A stretch of DNA of 63,579 nt, the filler included, from Octopus bimaculoides (taxonomy: Eukaryota): the NCBI RefSeq assembly GCF_001194135.2. It is 12 parts of 11 records of this genome, joined end to end, with 100 filler letters (N's around TTAATTAATTAA, not from the genome) between each part and the next. Parts side by side here need not be neighbours in the genome. Positions count along the whole stretch, not along the records: positions 58,785 to 61,339 come from NC_068981.1; positions 61,440 to 63,579 come from NW_026322996.1; 10 more parts are not named here. The stretch is one strand, 5' to 3'. How positions within the stretch are numbered: position 1 is the first letter of the stretch; every line of letters begins with the position of its first letter. The translations under genes and the position numbers were made by a program. This document shows positions 61,330 to 63,579 of the stretch, piece by piece. The notes beneath the pieces are model-generated. The model saw nothing but the letters and a program-made list of their open reading frames with translations, was not told where the DNA came from and searched no databases.

Positions 61330-61881
61330 GTATATATATNNNNNNNNNNNNNNNNNNNNNNNNNNNNNNNNNNNNNNNNNNNNTTAATTAATTAANNNNN
61401 NNNNNNNNNNNNNNNNNNNNNNNNNNNNNNNNNNNNNNNCATCATTATCATCATCATCATCATCATCATTATCATCATCATAATCATCAGCATCATCATC
61501 ATGCTCTTTCGTTTTCCATATGCTAGCCGTTCTTATATTCAGCAGGCAGCCTTGGTACCAACAGCAACAGCAACAGCAACAGCAACAACATGCGGCATTG
61601 TCGTCCATTATTTTAGACTATATTTTACTACAAACAATAAACAATGATTGTTTAGTTTATATTATTTGATTTGTTTATATTTCACTCTTATTTTAATGAA
61701 CATCTATTATTTCGGCATTTCATTCTACTTTCCTAACCAAAATCCCTGCCCTCTTCCTTGTTTTTCTCCGCTTCCATCTGTTTATCCACCTCCTCCACCT
61801 TCACCACCTCCTCCCCTTCACCTCCTCCCCTTCACCTCCTCCTCCTCCNNNNNNNNNNNNNNNNNNNNNNNNNNNNNNNNN

Positions 61882-61935
<54 letters not shown>

Positions 61936-62042
61936 TCACCGCCACCGGCACCACTGCAGCTGCTGCTCTACAAATTCCAGTTTTCGTTTATTGTTACATA
62001 TAGACACACCCTCGCACTTTGGCAATGTATACATGTCAAACT

Positions 62043-62073
<31 letters not shown>

Positions 62074-62702
62074 TCCATACATCATACATACATACATACA
62101 TACATACATGTGCATATATATATATATATATATATACATACAAACATACATATATATAATATAAAATATATATGCACCTTGATAAAGTAGATATATCCGA
62201 GTATGTATGTATGAATGTATGTACGTATGTATATATGTATGTGTGTATGTATGTATAGATGCATGCATGTATATATGTATGTAGGTAGTTATGTATCTGA
62301 ATGAATAAAACATTTTGCGTACAGTACAGCATTAGTCGAAAGACAAAAAATGAAATAAAATCATGTACAATTGAGTTAAATAAAGTAGAGTATCAACGTT
62401 ATTACATTGAAGAATATTTTGTCTAGCACCTGAGAATGCTTGTGCTGGCATCTTGATCCGTAAGTAAAACGGGACAATATTAAATCGTATACATAAATAC
62501 ATACATACATACATACATACATACGCGGAATGCTCGAAATGAGGAGTAGATAGAGAGCAGACAACTGATGAAGGGTCGTTTCTCTGTGTTTGTCCTGTTT
62601 TCCATTTTTCCTCATTTTCGTATTTCACTCGTCTCTACCTCGTTTGTTTGTGTATTTCATCTTATTTGCAGCGTCGGTGACGTCCTGTACCCATATATGC
62701 GC

Positions 62703-62740
<38 letters not shown>

Positions 62741-63370
62741 ACAGAAATATGTTTCAAAAAGAAAATAGAAACTACACATGGAAGAGATATTGAGAAAGTA
62801 AGAACAAAAAAGCGAAAATGCACATTGGATATCATATACATATATATGTANNNNNNNNNNNNNNNNNNNNNNNNNNNNNNNNNNNNNNNNNNNNNNNNNN
62901 NNNNNNNNNNNNNNNNNNNNNNNNNNNNNNNNNNNNNNNNGACGCTCTTCCGATCTTATATATATATATAGCGCAATGTATAAGCAATGTATCATTGCTC
63001 ATATTAATTCCCTGGTCAAGGACTTGGAGTAATACTGATAGCAATATCTGGTCTGTATATCTTGGCTTATAATTGTGGTCTAATAGTATGCGCATATATA
63101 GGTGTGCGTGTACGTATGCTGATATGGATGCTTGTATGTATGCATGTATGTGTATATATATTAACCATGACACACAGATGGCTACATTATATATATATAT
63201 ATATGTATGTATATTATATACAATACATACATGTGTGTGTGTGTGTGTGCGTGCGTATGTGTGTGTGTGTGTGTGTGTGTAAAAAGGTTGAATTAGATTC
63301 GTCCTTTAATTTGGAGGCTTCCAAAAAAAGATTCCTAACATAGATTCTTCATATTCTGCGGGTAGCTTAC

Positions 63371-63415
63371 TGGCGTAAAATTGTGAATGTGAAAATAATA
63401 CTTGTATATGGTGTG
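63371..63415 (-). CDS. Weak candidate 45-nt exon
   Basis: ttccataatttcacag|...GCC A|gtaagc; all three frames are open, so the product is ambiguous. Confidence 0.25.
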
Positions 63416-63579
63416 CTGTGAAATTATGGAAAGAAATCCCATAGAACTCAACAATTTTGATAAAAATGGAGAATATCTTAAAATATACAAGAGAATTTTA
63501 ACTCATGCAGACGATCGTTTCGTACAGCAATATTAAAACCATGCAAATTCATGGTTTTCTGTTTGATTGTGCATTTACT

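Noticed and set aside
61384-61608. Poly-Cys/poly-Asp ORF, and an alternative signal-peptide-like poly-Leu frame
   Set aside because: Derived from (TTGCTG)n and (GAT)n microsatellites; no convincing splice sites or homology.
62555-62600. CTGATGAAGGG motif in a repeat whose 3' end resembles 18190-18330
   Set aside because: No downstream GAAA box or closing stems.

Overview
AT-rich, microsatellite-saturated eukaryotic DNA with many assembly gaps. The SINE families and the (TA)n/(CA)n/(GA)n/(TACA)n density point to an octopus or other coleoid cephalopod; this is an inference, not a database match. No prokaryotic features. Host content: scattered minus-strand exons of a protein with MAM-domain-like repeats (best-supported exons 59787-59683, 58430-58263, 55871-55735, weaker ones near 48.5, 37.9 and 33.4 kb), and a few plus-strand exons of an unidentified gene in the CpG-depleted left ~20 kb. 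Mobile DNA dominates: four tRNA- or RTE-related SINE families, several RTE LINE fragments, a CR1/Jockey-like RT remnant, three Tc1/mariner remnants, hAT-type and fold-back MITEs, and a Gypsy gag remnant. Two different R4/Dong-like REL-endonuclease retrotransposons sit at (AAT)n tracts, one inside the Gypsy remnant. The most interesting candidates are an unexplained, gap-ridden, possibly virus-like coding block at 21.3-23.0 kb, a ~330-nt partial tandem repeat carrying a decayed type I hammerhead motif (38.4-38.9 kb), and the microsatellite-associated REL retroelements. Most long ORFs in the supplied track are artefacts of microsatellites and N-runs. All protein assignments are by eye.
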